Below, one piece after another: positions 7,973 to 16,817 of a DNA stretch of 64,000 nucleotides. Numbering within the stretch: the stretch's first letter is position 1; every line of letters starts with the position of its first letter. The translations under genes and the position numbers were made by a program. Below the pieces are notes generated by a model. It was not told where the DNA came from. It saw only the letters and a program-made list of their open reading frames with translations, and did no database searches. The DNA is taken from contig CAYGJZ010000004.1 in assembly GCA_964350265.1 (NCBI GenBank), positions 12,318 through 76,317 of the forward strand, read 5' to 3'. This stretch comes from an uncultured Gammaproteobacteria bacterium. GTDB taxonomy: Bacteria; Pseudomonadota; Gammaproteobacteria; Arenicellales; CAJQKF01.

Positions 7973-8109
7973 GGTTCCTCCGTGTCATCCCTCGACGACC
8001 CGACGTCCTCGTGCACCCGGTTGACAGCGGCATGGGCATCGATCCGCCTGTCGGTCGTCCTTGGTAAAGAAGCCTTTGACCGAATGGTCTTCCCGGGGTT
8101 CCCTGTTGG

Positions 8110-8127
8110 CCACTGGTTACCCAGTGG
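8110..8127. other. Perfect hairpin CCACTGG-TTAC-CCAGTGG in the hupE / glycine-rich-gene intergenic region
   Basis: It has a 7-bp stem and a 4-nt loop, and sits 69 nt upstream of the hupE ATG. There is no T-tract, so it is not an intrinsic terminator. Confidence 0.3.
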
Positions 8128-8195
8128 TATCGGCATGGTAGATTGGAACTAAAATGACCCGTCACCGGTTTCATCCACCCCGTAAGGAATCCGCC

Positions 8196-8786
8196 ATGCA
8201 CCGACCCATGCTCCGCACCGTCTCGATCCTTCTTCTTGCCACCGTCGCCGGCAGTGCAGCCGCGCATACCGGCGAGGGTCTGTCCGGCGGCTTCGCCAGC
8301 GGCTTCGCGCACCCCCTGCTCGGCTGGGACCACGTCGCCGCGATGGTCGCGGTGGGCCTGTGGGGCGCCTTCCTCGGCAGCCCGGCAATCTGGATCCTGC
8401 CGGTGGTGTTCCCGCTGGTGATGGCCCTCGGCGGCGCCATGGGCGTGGCCGGCATCCCGGTGCCGGCGGTGGAAACCGGCATCGCGGCATCGGCCCTGGT
8501 GCTCGGCCTGATGGTGCTGTTCAGCGTGCGCCCGCCCATCGCGGTGGCCGCGATCCTGGTCGGCGCCTTCGCCATCTTCCACGGTCATGCCCACGGCACC
8601 GAATTGCCCGATGCCGCCAACGCGGTGGCCTACAGCGTCGGCTTCGTGATCGCCACCGGCCTGCTGCACCTGGCCGGCATCGCCCTCGGCGGCCTGGTGC
8701 GCTGGCCGGCCGGGCGGTGGCTGGTGCGCGCCTGCGGCGGCGGCATCGCGCTGGCCGGCGTGGGGTTTCTCACCGGCGCCCTGTGA
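8196..8786 (+). CDS. hupE: HupE/UreJ-family Ni/Co transporter
   Basis: A signal peptide ending AAA is followed by mature HTGEG. The motifs FAHPLLGWDHVAAMVAVG and FHGHAHG are present. There are about 6 TM segments. Confidence 0.85.
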   Translation: MHRPMLRTVSILLLATVAGSAAAHTGEGLSGGFASGFAHPLLGWDHVAAMVAVGLWGAFLGSPAIWILPVVFPLVMALGGAMGVAGIPVPAVETGIAASALVLGLMVLFSVRPPIAVAAILVGAFAIFHGHAHGTELPDAANAVAYSVGFVIATGLLHLAGIALGGLVRWPAGRWLVRACGGGIALAGVGFLTGAL

Positions 8787-9361
8787 GGAGCGTTCTCGGC
8801 CTCGCCGCGCTGCTGGCGCCCACCGCGCCGGCACGGGCACACACCACCATCGAGGGTATCGGCGAGTTCTACAACGGCCTGCTGCACCCGGCGGTGGTGC
8901 CCGCCCATGCCATCGTGCTGGTGGGTCTTGGCCTGCTGCTCGGCCAGCAGGGTGTTGCCCACCTGTGGCGCGCCCTGCCGGTGTTCGCCGCCGCGCTTGC
9001 CGTCGCCCTGCTGGCGTCCGGCCAGGCCGCGGTGCCCGCGGCGGCGAGCTGGCTGCTGGTCGCCGCCCTTGCCTGCGGCCTGCTGCTGGCGTCGGCAATG
9101 CACCTGCCGATCGCGGCGGGCACGGTGCTTGCCCTGGCCACCGCGGCGCTGGTGGGCCTGGACTCGGCGCCCGACCTGGTCGGCGCCGAGCGGCTGCTGA
9201 CGCTGGCCGGCACCTGGCTCTCGGCCAGCTTCGCGGTGCTGTGGTTCTTCGCCCTCGCCGACGTCGGCCGTCGGCCCTGGCAGCAGGTGGCCGTGCGGGT
9301 GGCCGGATCGTGGATCGCGGCCGCCTCCTTGATGGTGCTTGCCCTCGGCCTGGCCGCCTGA
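8783..9361 (+). CDS. HupE/UreJ-related membrane protein (divergent paralog)
   Basis: The GTG start overlaps the hupE stop as GTGA. A signal peptide ending ARA is followed by HTTIEG...LLHPAVVPAH. The protein is multi-TM but lacks the FHGxAHG motif. Confidence 0.6.
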   Translation: MRSVLGLAALLAPTAPARAHTTIEGIGEFYNGLLHPAVVPAHAIVLVGLGLLLGQQGVAHLWRALPVFAAALAVALLASGQAAVPAAASWLLVAALACGLLLASAMHLPIAAGTVLALATAALVGLDSAPDLVGAERLLTLAGTWLSASFAVLWFFALADVGRRPWQQVAVRVAGSWIAAASLMVLALGLAA

Positions 9362-9368
9362 CGCCGCG

Positions 9369-9782
9369 CTACTCCACCGTGATGGTGATGGTCTCCGAGG
9401 CCACCGGTGGCTGGTGCGGCACGTGGGCGAGATCGCCGAGCAGCAGTTGCAGCGTGTGCGTGCCCGGGGCCAGCTCGACGTGGGCCTCGGTCTGGCCGCC
9501 ACCGAAGTGGCGATGGTGCTCGTCGCTGGGGATCGGCTGGCCGGGATCGGGCATCGGCGTATCGATCAGCAGGTGATGATGGCCGGTGTTGTCCACCGCC
9601 ACCCCGGCCGGGGCCACGCCCATGCCGCGCAGCCCGAACTGCACGTGCACCGGGCTGGAGACGGTGGCGCCGTCGGCGGGGCTGATGAAGTAGACGGCGG
9701 CGCCTTCGCCCGCCGGTGCGGCCCAGGCCGCGGAAGCAGCCAACAGGGCCGAGAAGAGCACAACACGTTGCAGGCTAGCCAT
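9369..9782 (-). CDS. DUF4399-like periplasmic protein, His-rich
   Basis: It has a signal peptide (AAWA|AP). The stretches VYFISPADGATV...GHHHLLID...DEHHRHFGGGQTE are typical of DUF4399. GGAGGA lies upstream of the ATG at 9782. Confidence 0.7.
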   Translation of the reverse strand: MASLQRVVLFSALLAASAAWAAPAGEGAAVYFISPADGATVSSPVHVQFGLRGMGVAPAGVAVDNTGHHHLLIDTPMPDPGQPIPSDEHHRHFGGGQTEAHVELAPGTHTLQLLLGDLAHVPHQPPVASETITITVE

Positions 9783-9862
9783 GGGAATCCTCCGTTGCGG
9801 TGATCCGTAGGCGATAGCGTAGACCGAAGCGACACGCCGGGGAAGTCCCCGCGACGGCGCGG

Positions 9863-11218
9863 CTACAGGTACCAGTGATGCTCGCGGGGATGGATCTGCG
9901 CCATGAAGGCGTCGAACTCGGCCTGCTTCACCTCGGCGTACAGGTCGAGGTAGTCGCGGCCGAAGTAGTCCGGCAGGATGCGCGCGCCGCGCAGGTGGTC
10001 CAGCGCCTTCCACAGCGTGGTCGGCAGGCTCTCGTCCACCGCCGAGCCGGCATTGCCGGTGTGCCGCGGCGGAGCGGGCAGGCCGCGCACCAGGCCGTGG
10101 TGCAGGCCGGCCAGCACCGCCGCCACCACCAGGTAGGGATTGGCCTCGGCGCCGGCGACGCGGTGCTCGATGCGGCGGTTGGCGCCGTCGCTGGGCGGGA
10201 TGCGAAAGGCCACCGAGCGATTGTTCTCCCCCCAGTCCCGGGTCACCGGAACGAACTCGTCGGGGGCGAAGCGGCGGTAGACGTTGAGGTTGGGGGCGAA
10301 CAGTGCCATGGCCTCGGCCATGGTCCCGGCCAGGCCGGCCACCGCGCAGGACAGCCGCGTCTCGCCATCGGCGCGGGCCGGGTCGAAGACGTTCTCGCCG
10401 TGCTCGTCGGCCAGGCTGACGTGCACGTGCATGCCGCTGCCGGACTGGTCGGCGAAGGGCTTGGACAGGAAGGTGGCGTCGAAGCCGTGGGCGCGACTGG
10501 TGCCGACCACCGCGCGGCGCAGCAGCGCGGCGTGGTCCGCCGCCGCCAGCGGGTCGGCGACGTGGGCGAGGTTGATCTCGAACTGCCCCGCCCCGTACTC
10601 GCTGATCATGCTGGTGGTGGGCACGCCCTGGGCGGCGCAGGCCGACTCGATGGCGCCGAGCACCTCGCCGTACTCGTCGAGCTTGTCCACCGAAAGCACC
10701 CGGCCACCGGCTTCGCGCAGGCCGCTGCGTGGCGATGTCACCGCTCGCGGGCTGCCATCGTCGCCGCGCCGGGGATCGAGCAGGTAGAACTCGAGTTCCA
10801 CCGCCAGGGTGGGCACCAGGCCCAACTCGCCGAAGCGGGCCGCCACCTTCTCCAGCACCCGTCGCGGGTCATGGGAAAGGGGCTGCCCGTCGGCGGCGCC
10901 GACCAGGGTGGCGAGCACCTGGGCGCGGTCGCCGGGAAGCCACGGCACCGGCGCCAGGGTGCCGGGCAGCGGCCGCGCAAAGGCGTCGGGGTCGCCGTCG
11001 GAAAAGCCGTGGCCCATCGGGTCGGCGGTGTTGCCGAGCACGTCCACCAGCTGCATGGCGGCGCAGACCGGCGTGCCGACACGGTAGACGGTGGACATGG
11101 CGTCGCGTGGCAGGCGCTTGCCGATGGCGTGGCCGCACAGGTCGATGACCAGCACGTCGAGATGAGACGTCTGCGGGTGCGCGGCCAGGTAGCGCGCCAG
11201 TTCTTCGTGTTGCTCCAC
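9863..11218 (-). CDS. Glutamine synthetase family protein (GlnA3/PuuA-like gamma-glutamyl ligase)
   Basis: EYGAGQFEINL, SGSGMHVHVSL, NRSVAFRIP and GAEANPYL are GS catalytic-domain motifs. The GTG start at 11218 gives 451 aa. Confidence 0.85.
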   Translation of the reverse strand: MEQHEELARYLAAHPQTSHLDVLVIDLCGHAIGKRLPRDAMSTVYRVGTPVCAAMQLVDVLGNTADPMGHGFSDGDPDAFARPLPGTLAPVPWLPGDRAQVLATLVGAADGQPLSHDPRRVLEKVAARFGELGLVPTLAVELEFYLLDPRRGDDGSPRAVTSPRSGLREAGGRVLSVDKLDEYGEVLGAIESACAAQGVPTTSMISEYGAGQFEINLAHVADPLAAADHAALLRRAVVGTSRAHGFDATFLSKPFADQSGSGMHVHVSLADEHGENVFDPARADGETRLSCAVAGLAGTMAEAMALFAPNLNVYRRFAPDEFVPVTRDWGENNRSVAFRIPPSDGANRRIEHRVAGAEANPYLVVAAVLAGLHHGLVRGLPAPPRHTGNAGSAVDESLPTTLWKALDHLRGARILPDYFGRDYLDLYAEVKQAEFDAFMAQIHPREHHWYL

Positions 11219-11354
11219 CGATTCCCCCCGGCGGCACCGGACTCGATCCCGCGCATGGCATGCCGGGGCCAGGGTCGGCGCCGGCCGGGGCAGTATACTT
11301 GGCCGGGCCGGGCACCGCCCGGTCCCTGGCAAGACCACCTTCACGGGAGCATCG

Positions 11355-12356
11355 ATGAAAGTCCTGATCACCGGAGGCGCCGGCTTCCTTGGCCAGCGCC
11401 TGGCCCGGTCCCTGGTCGAGACCGGTTCGCTGCGCGTCAACGGCGTCGAACGACCGCTCGGCGAGCTGGTGCTGCTCGACCACGTCGAGCCATCCGGCGC
11501 GGCACTGCCCGGCGTGCGCGCGGTGCGTGGCGACGTTCGCGACGCCGCGCTGCTCGACCGCCTGGTGGACGACGACACCGCCGTCGTCTACCACCTCGCC
11601 GCCATCGTCAGCGGCCAGGCCGAGGCCGAGTTCGACCTTGGCCTGTCGATCAACCTCGACGCCTCCCGCGCCCTGCTGGAAACCTGTCGACGACGCGGAC
11701 AGCGGCCACGGGTGGTGTTCACCAGCTCGGTGGCGGTCTACGGCGGCGCGCTGCCCGAGGTGGTCACCGACGACACCGTGCTGGCGCCGCGTTCGTCCTA
11801 TGGCACCGCCAAGGCGATGGCGGAACTGCTGCTGGCCGAGTATCACCGGCGCGGCTTCGTCGACGGCCTCGCCCTGCGCCTGCCCACGGTGAGCGTGCGA
11901 CCGGGCCGGCCGAACCAGGCCGCCTCGTCCTTCGCCAGCAGCATCATCCGCGAGCCGGTCAACGGCGAGGTGGCCCACTGCCCGGTGCCGGGGCATACCC
12001 GGGTCTGGCTGATGTCGCCGCGGGTGGCCATCGACAGCCTGGTGCATGCCGCCGGCGTCGACCGCGCGGCGCTGCCCACGCACCCGGGCCTCAACCTGTG
12101 CGGCCTGTCGCTGACGGTGGACGAGATGCTCGCCGCCCTCGCCCGGGTGGCCGGCGAGGCGGTCGCCGCGCGGGTGCGCTTTAGCCCCGACGAGCAGGTG
12201 CAGCGCATCGTCGGCGGCTGGCCCGGGGCCTGGGACATGGCCACCGCGCACCGCCTCGGCTTCCCGCGGCACGACGACTTCGACGCGGTGATCCGCGAAC
12301 ACCTGGCGAGCACCGGCAACGAGGCCGATGGCCGCCAGGCAACTGCCGAGGGCTAG
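11355..12356 (+). CDS. NAD-dependent epimerase/dehydratase (extended SDR), D-erythronate-dehydrogenase-like
   Basis: The motifs are MKVLITGGAGFLG, YGTAKAM (YxxxK) and LRLPTVSVRPGRPN. Confidence 0.85.
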   Translation: MKVLITGGAGFLGQRLARSLVETGSLRVNGVERPLGELVLLDHVEPSGAALPGVRAVRGDVRDAALLDRLVDDDTAVVYHLAAIVSGQAEAEFDLGLSINLDASRALLETCRRRGQRPRVVFTSSVAVYGGALPEVVTDDTVLAPRSSYGTAKAMAELLLAEYHRRGFVDGLALRLPTVSVRPGRPNQAASSFASSIIREPVNGEVAHCPVPGHTRVWLMSPRVAIDSLVHAAGVDRAALPTHPGLNLCGLSLTVDEMLAALARVAGEAVAARVRFSPDEQVQRIVGGWPGAWDMATAHRLGFPRHDDFDAVIREHLASTGNEADGRQATAEG

Positions 12357-13057
12357 CCGAGCAGCGACTTGCCGAGCATGCCGAGGACGAAGCCGAACAC
12401 CGCGCCCAGCGGCGGCGACCAGCGTCCGCGCATGCGCGAGGCGGGGGCGATGTCCTGGAAGGTGAGATAGAGGATGCCGCCGGCGGCGAAGGACATCAGG
12501 AGCGCGGTCAACCCATGCTGGTCCTGCAGGAACAGGTGGCCGCCCACGGCGCACAGCGGCCCGAGCAACGTGACCAGGAACAGGATGCGCAGGGTCTTCG
12601 CGCCGTTGCCGCCGCCATCGACGACCTCGCGGTAGGCATTGAAGCCCTCGGGCAGGTTCTGCAGGCCGATGAAGCCGGCCAGCAGGTAGCCGAGGCGGGG
12701 ATTGGCGGCGAACACGGCGCCCATGGACAGGGCTTCGGGCACGAAGTCGGTGAGCATGGCGACGAACTGCGATTTCGGTCCGCCGCCGCGCGCAATCCAG
12801 GTATCCACCAGGCAGAACACCGCACCGCCGAGGCAAAAGGCCACCGCCACCGTCACCGGGTCGAGGTGCGCCAGTCCCTCGGGCACCAGGGCGAAGGCCA
12901 CCGCGGCCACCAGCACGCCGCCGCCGAAGGCCACCATGGTGTGCACGAACACCGGGCCGTTCACCAGCGGGCCGCGCAGGTGTGCCAGGCAGCCGCCGAG
13001 CCAGGCCGAGAGGCCGGCCAGCCAGGCCACCACGACGATGACGAGGGTAGTGCTCAC
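12353..13057 (-). CDS. ZIP-family divalent metal transporter
   Basis: It is multi-TM, and the motifs FVPEALSMG and GLQNLPEGF are ZIP/ZupT-like. The start is GTG. Confidence 0.85.
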   Translation of the reverse strand: MSTTLVIVVVAWLAGLSAWLGGCLAHLRGPLVNGPVFVHTMVAFGGGVLVAAVAFALVPEGLAHLDPVTVAVAFCLGGAVFCLVDTWIARGGGPKSQFVAMLTDFVPEALSMGAVFAANPRLGYLLAGFIGLQNLPEGFNAYREVVDGGGNGAKTLRILFLVTLLGPLCAVGGHLFLQDQHGLTALLMSFAAGGILYLTFQDIAPASRMRGRWSPPLGAVFGFVLGMLGKSLLG

Positions 13058-13167
13058 CGCCGGTGGCGGCGACGACCCGCCGTCTCGTGCGCATGCAACA
13101 TGAATGGTCTCACCGCTGCCAGGAGCCGCCTATTATCGACACCCGCGCGGGCGCTGGGCAACCGTTG

Positions 13168-14445
13168 TCAGCCCATGGTGGACGGCAGCCAGAGGATCAG
13201 GCCGGGGAAGATCACCAGCACGGCCACCACCAGCAGGTGCGCGATGACATGCGGCACCACGCCGACGAAGACGTCCTCCGTGGGCACCTTGGCATAGTGG
13301 GAGACGACGAAGACGTTCAGCCCCACCGGCGGCGTGACCAGGCCGATCTCGGCGATGACCACGATCAGCACGCCGAACCAGACCGGGTCGTAGCCCAGGT
13401 GCAGCACCAGCGGCAGCACGATGGGCACGGTGAGGATCAGGATGGCGATCTGGTCGAGGAACAGGCCGAGCACGAGGTAGAAGACGAGAATGCCCATCAG
13501 GATCCACACCGGCGACACGGTGGTGTCGGTGATGGCGGCGATCAGGTCCTGGGGCAACTGGGTGACGGTGACGTAGTAGCCGAACACCTGCGCGCCGATG
13601 ACGATGGCGCCGATCATCGCGGTGGTGGTGGTCGCGCGGAACAGCACCTCGCGCAGCGACTCGCGGTTGATGCTGCCACGGAACAGGGCAATCAGGAACG
13701 AGCCGAAGGCGCCGATGGCCGATGCCTCGGTGGGCGTCGCCACGCCGAAGTAGATCGACAGGGTCACGGCGACGAACAGCGCCAGGAAGGACACCGCCGC
13801 CAGCGGCTGCTTGCCGGACAGGCCGGCGGCGTCCACCGTCGGCGCCCACTGCGGCCGCCAGCGGATCAGGCAAAGCACGGTGGCAATGATGGCGAACATC
13901 ACCAGCAGGCCGGGCACCACCCCGGCGATCAGCAAGGTGCCGATGTTCTCGCCGCTCAGCATGCCGTAGAGGATCAGCGCGATGCTCGGCGGGATCAGCA
14001 TGGCCAGGGTGCCGGAGATGGCGACCACGCCGGAGGCGAACTTCACGTCGTAGCCGTGGCGCATCATGGTCGGCACCGAGCTTACCGACAGCGTCGCCGC
14101 GGCGGCGGTGCTCGAGCCGGACACGGCACCGAAGGCAGCCCCGGTCACCGCGGTGGCAATGGCCAGCCCGCCCGGCAACTTGCGCACCGCCGCGCCCACC
14201 AGCTCGAACATCTCGTCGGCAATGCGGCTGACGATCATGAACTCGGCCATCAGGATGAACATCGGGAAGGTGATCAGCTCGTAGCTCGACACCGCGCTGG
14301 TGGGCGTGGTCTCGAGGATGCCGAGCACCATGTTCACGCCACCGACCATGAACAGCCCCACCGTGCCGGACAGCATCAGCGCGAAGGCGACCGGCAGGCC
14401 GAGGAACAACAGCGCGATGAGCAGCGCCAGCGCCAGCAGGGTCAC
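13168..14445 (-). CDS. dctM: TRAP transporter large permease
   Basis: It is 425 aa, with the typical N-terminus TLLALALLIALLFLGLPVAFAL. The GTG start overlaps the dctQ stop as GTGA. Confidence 0.9.
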   Translation of the reverse strand: MTLLALALLIALLFLGLPVAFALMLSGTVGLFMVGGVNMVLGILETTPTSAVSSYELITFPMFILMAEFMIVSRIADEMFELVGAAVRKLPGGLAIATAVTGAAFGAVSGSSTAAAATLSVSSVPTMMRHGYDVKFASGVVAISGTLAMLIPPSIALILYGMLSGENIGTLLIAGVVPGLLVMFAIIATVLCLIRWRPQWAPTVDAAGLSGKQPLAAVSFLALFVAVTLSIYFGVATPTEASAIGAFGSFLIALFRGSINRESLREVLFRATTTTAMIGAIVIGAQVFGYYVTVTQLPQDLIAAITDTTVSPVWILMGILVFYLVLGLFLDQIAILILTVPIVLPLVLHLGYDPVWFGVLIVVIAEIGLVTPPVGLNVFVVSHYAKVPTEDVFVGVVPHVIAHLLVVAVLVIFPGLILWLPSTMG

Positions 14446-14972
14446 AGCGGGCCACCGGCAAGGTAGGGGTCGTTGCCGCGATGCCCGAGCGACATGCCAA
14501 GATGATGGATGGCGGTCAACCCGATGCGCAGTGCCAGCACCGACAGCCCGACCACCACCAGGGCACCGGCGGTCCAGGCCGGCCAGCGAATGCCGCCAGC
14601 CATGACCTCGTCGTGCAACCAGCTGGTATAGGTGGCACCGGCCTTCATCCAGGTCGCGGTGCCGATCAGCAGCGTCACCGGCAGGTAGGCGAGGCCAAGC
14701 ACCAGGTGGGCGATGCGGCCGGGCAGCTTGCGCTGCACCACCTCGATGTACAGGTGCTTGTTGGCACCCAGGGCATAGGACACCGAGAGGAAGAACAGGC
14801 CCGGCATCAGGTAGCGGGTGAGCACTTCGAATGCCCATACCAGCGGCGCGTTGAACAGGTAGCGTGCGACCACGTCGCAGATCATGATCAACATGATCGA
14901 GATCATCGCCACGCCGGCGACGAGCATGAACCAGCGCTCGATCCGGCGCAGCAGGTCATGGGCGATTGTCAT
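14442..14972 (-). CDS. dctQ: TRAP transporter small permease
   Basis: It is 176 aa with 4 TM segments, and the ICDVVARYLFNAPLVWAFE motif is DctQ-like. The ATG overlaps the stop of the AtuA-like gene as ATGA. Confidence 0.85.
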   Translation of the reverse strand: MTIAHDLLRRIERWFMLVAGVAMISIMLIMICDVVARYLFNAPLVWAFEVLTRYLMPGLFFLSVSYALGANKHLYIEVVQRKLPGRIAHLVLGLAYLPVTLLIGTATWMKAGATYTSWLHDEVMAGGIRWPAWTAGALVVVGLSVLALRIGLTAIHHLGMSLGHRGNDPYLAGGPL

Positions 14973-16807
14973 CTGGTGCCCCCGTTGTCGATACGGTCAT
15001 TGTTCCGGGATGCGGCCACCGCCGACAGCAACGTCGTCGGCACGGCCAGCTCGTGTTCCAGCAGGATGCTGGCAAAGCACTTCCCCTGCGGGTCGAGACG
15101 CAGGGAACTGGCGCCGCCACCGCCGAGGGCGCGACGCAGCAGGAAGTTCAGACCGCCGACCCCCGGCAGTTCGTAGCGGCTGACCTCGCCCTTGCACAGG
15201 TGGGCGAAGACCTCGCCGACCACCTCGGTGGTCAACGCCAGGCGAAGGAAGTCGTACACCGCCGGCACCCGGGCAAGCACGCCGATGTTCGCGTTGTCGC
15301 CCTTGTCGCCGCTGCGCGCCCAGGCAATGGCCCGCAGCGGTACCGTTTCGGTGGCGCCGGAGGTTGGCGCGGCAACAGGCTCGACCACCTCGTCCAGCCG
15401 CGCGGCGGCTTCGGCCGGAGCCGCCGCCGGTGGCAGGTCATGCCGCTGCCCTGCCTCGATGATGGCGATGTCCACCTCGCTCTTCGGCACCAGGAAGGAA
15501 TACAGGCGGGTCACCTCGGTGGGCTTGGGCCGACCGGCGAAGTAGCCGCAGATGCCCGGCGCGGTGGCGGTCAGGCTCGGCATCACCTCGCGGCAGAAGG
15601 TTTCCACCGCGCCTCGCTCGGCGTGTTCCACCGCGATCTTGAAGGTCGCCTCGCGCACCGGTCCTGCGTGCGCGGCATCTCCGACGAGGTCGCCGCCGCC
15701 GACCACCTCGACACTGGTCTGGGCGAAGTCGCCGAGCCGCTGCCGCTGGTTGATGCGCCGCGACTTGGCGAGGATGGCATCGGCGATGCGTCGCGCCTTC
15801 GGCACCGCGTCGGCACCGGCCACCGTCAGGCTGGTGGTGGCCTTGTATCCCTGGTTGTAGGTCGCCGACACCTTGTAGGTGCCGGTGGGTGGCCGGCCCC
15901 GTGCACCGGACACGCGCACCGCGTCCGGGCCCACTTCGGTGAGGGTCACCCCTCGCCAGTCGCAGGTCACGTCGGGCATGTGGTAGGCGGCCGGGTCGCC
16001 GATCTCGTAGACCATCTGCTCACCCACGCTGCCGCGACTGACCAGTCCGCCGGTACCCTCGGGCTTGGTGATCACGCCGCTGCCGTCGGCGTGGCACACG
16101 GCAATGGGATAGCCCATGTTGTCCCAGCCTTCGACCTGCTGCCAGTCGGTGAACAGGCCGCCGACGCCCATGCAGCCGCATTCCACCAGGTGGCCGAGCA
16201 GGGTGCCCGCGGCGAGGCGGTCATGGTCGTCGGGCGACCAGCGGAACTCGTGCACCAGCGGGCCGAGCACCACCGCGCTGTCCACGCAGCGACCGGTGAC
16301 GACGATGTCGGCTCCGCGGTCGAGGGCGGCGGCAATGGGCATGGCGCCGAGGTAGGCATTGGCGCTGAGCAGTTGTTCGGGCAGCGGCGTGCCGGCTTCC
16401 ATTTCCTGCACGCCGATGGCGCGCAACCGGTCGATCCGCGGCAACAGGTCGTCGCCGGTCACCACCGCGACCTTGGCCTCGATGCCCAGTTCCGCGAGCA
16501 GCTCCTCGATGCGCAGGCGGCAGCCGTCGGGATTGACGCCGCCGGCATTGGCCACGATGCGGATGCCCTTCTGCCTGGCCTCGACCAGCACGCCGGCGAG
16601 GACGTTGTCGACGAAGTCCGGGATGTATCCCCGCGACGGATCCCGCCGGCGCACGCGCGCGAGCAGTGCCATGGTGATCTCGGCCAGGTAGTCGAATACC
16701 AGGTAGTCGATGTTGCCGGCATGCACCAGTTGCCTGGCGCCTTCGTCCGAGTCTCCCCAGAACCCCGACGCGCAACCGATCCTGACCACGCGGTCTTCCA
16801 TTGTCAT
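14969..16807 (-). CDS. AtuA-like (acyclic terpene utilisation AtuA / DUF1446) family protein with a C-terminal DUF4387-like region
   Basis: The N-terminus reads RIGCASGFWGDS...DYLVFDYLAE. The C-terminal part reads ARSGDKGDNANIGV...RYELPGVGGLNFLL...LRLDPQGK. The start may be ATG at 16807 or at 16801. Confidence 0.8.
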   Translation of the reverse strand: MTMEDRVVRIGCASGFWGDSDEGARQLVHAGNIDYLVFDYLAEITMALLARVRRRDPSRGYIPDFVDNVLAGVLVEARQKGIRIVANAGGVNPDGCRLRIEELLAELGIEAKVAVVTGDDLLPRIDRLRAIGVQEMEAGTPLPEQLLSANAYLGAMPIAAALDRGADIVVTGRCVDSAVVLGPLVHEFRWSPDDHDRLAAGTLLGHLVECGCMGVGGLFTDWQQVEGWDNMGYPIAVCHADGSGVITKPEGTGGLVSRGSVGEQMVYEIGDPAAYHMPDVTCDWRGVTLTEVGPDAVRVSGARGRPPTGTYKVSATYNQGYKATTSLTVAGADAVPKARRIADAILAKSRRINQRQRLGDFAQTSVEVVGGGDLVGDAAHAGPVREATFKIAVEHAERGAVETFCREVMPSLTATAPGICGYFAGRPKPTEVTRLYSFLVPKSEVDIAIIEAGQRHDLPPAAAPAEAAARLDEVVEPVAAPTSGATETVPLRAIAWARSGDKGDNANIGVLARVPAVYDFLRLALTTEVVGEVFAHLCKGEVSRYELPGVGGLNFLLRRALGGGGASSLRLDPQGKCFASILLEHELAVPTTLLSAVAASRNNDRIDNGGTR

Positions 16808-16817
16808 GCTCCCGTGC

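Noticed and set aside
8040-8130. A possible cobalamin riboswitch upstream of hupE. The plus strand has GGTAAAGAAGCC and GGCCACTGG, and the minus strand has CCGGGAAGACC, which resembles a B12 box.
   Set aside because: The fragments are on different strands and in the wrong order. The AGGGAA, GGTGAAAATCC and CCCGC core elements are absent, and I could not draw the conserved junction. It would need a covariance-model scan, and by eye it does not qualify.
7928-8152. A 74-aa ORF (MEGKGFKQLGHLADHG...) spans the hupE upstream region and could be a small leader protein.
   Set aside because: It starts antisense inside the glycine-rich gene. Its third-position GC is much lower than in the real genes here. 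It has no RBS and no recognisable family. It is most likely non-coding leader DNA.
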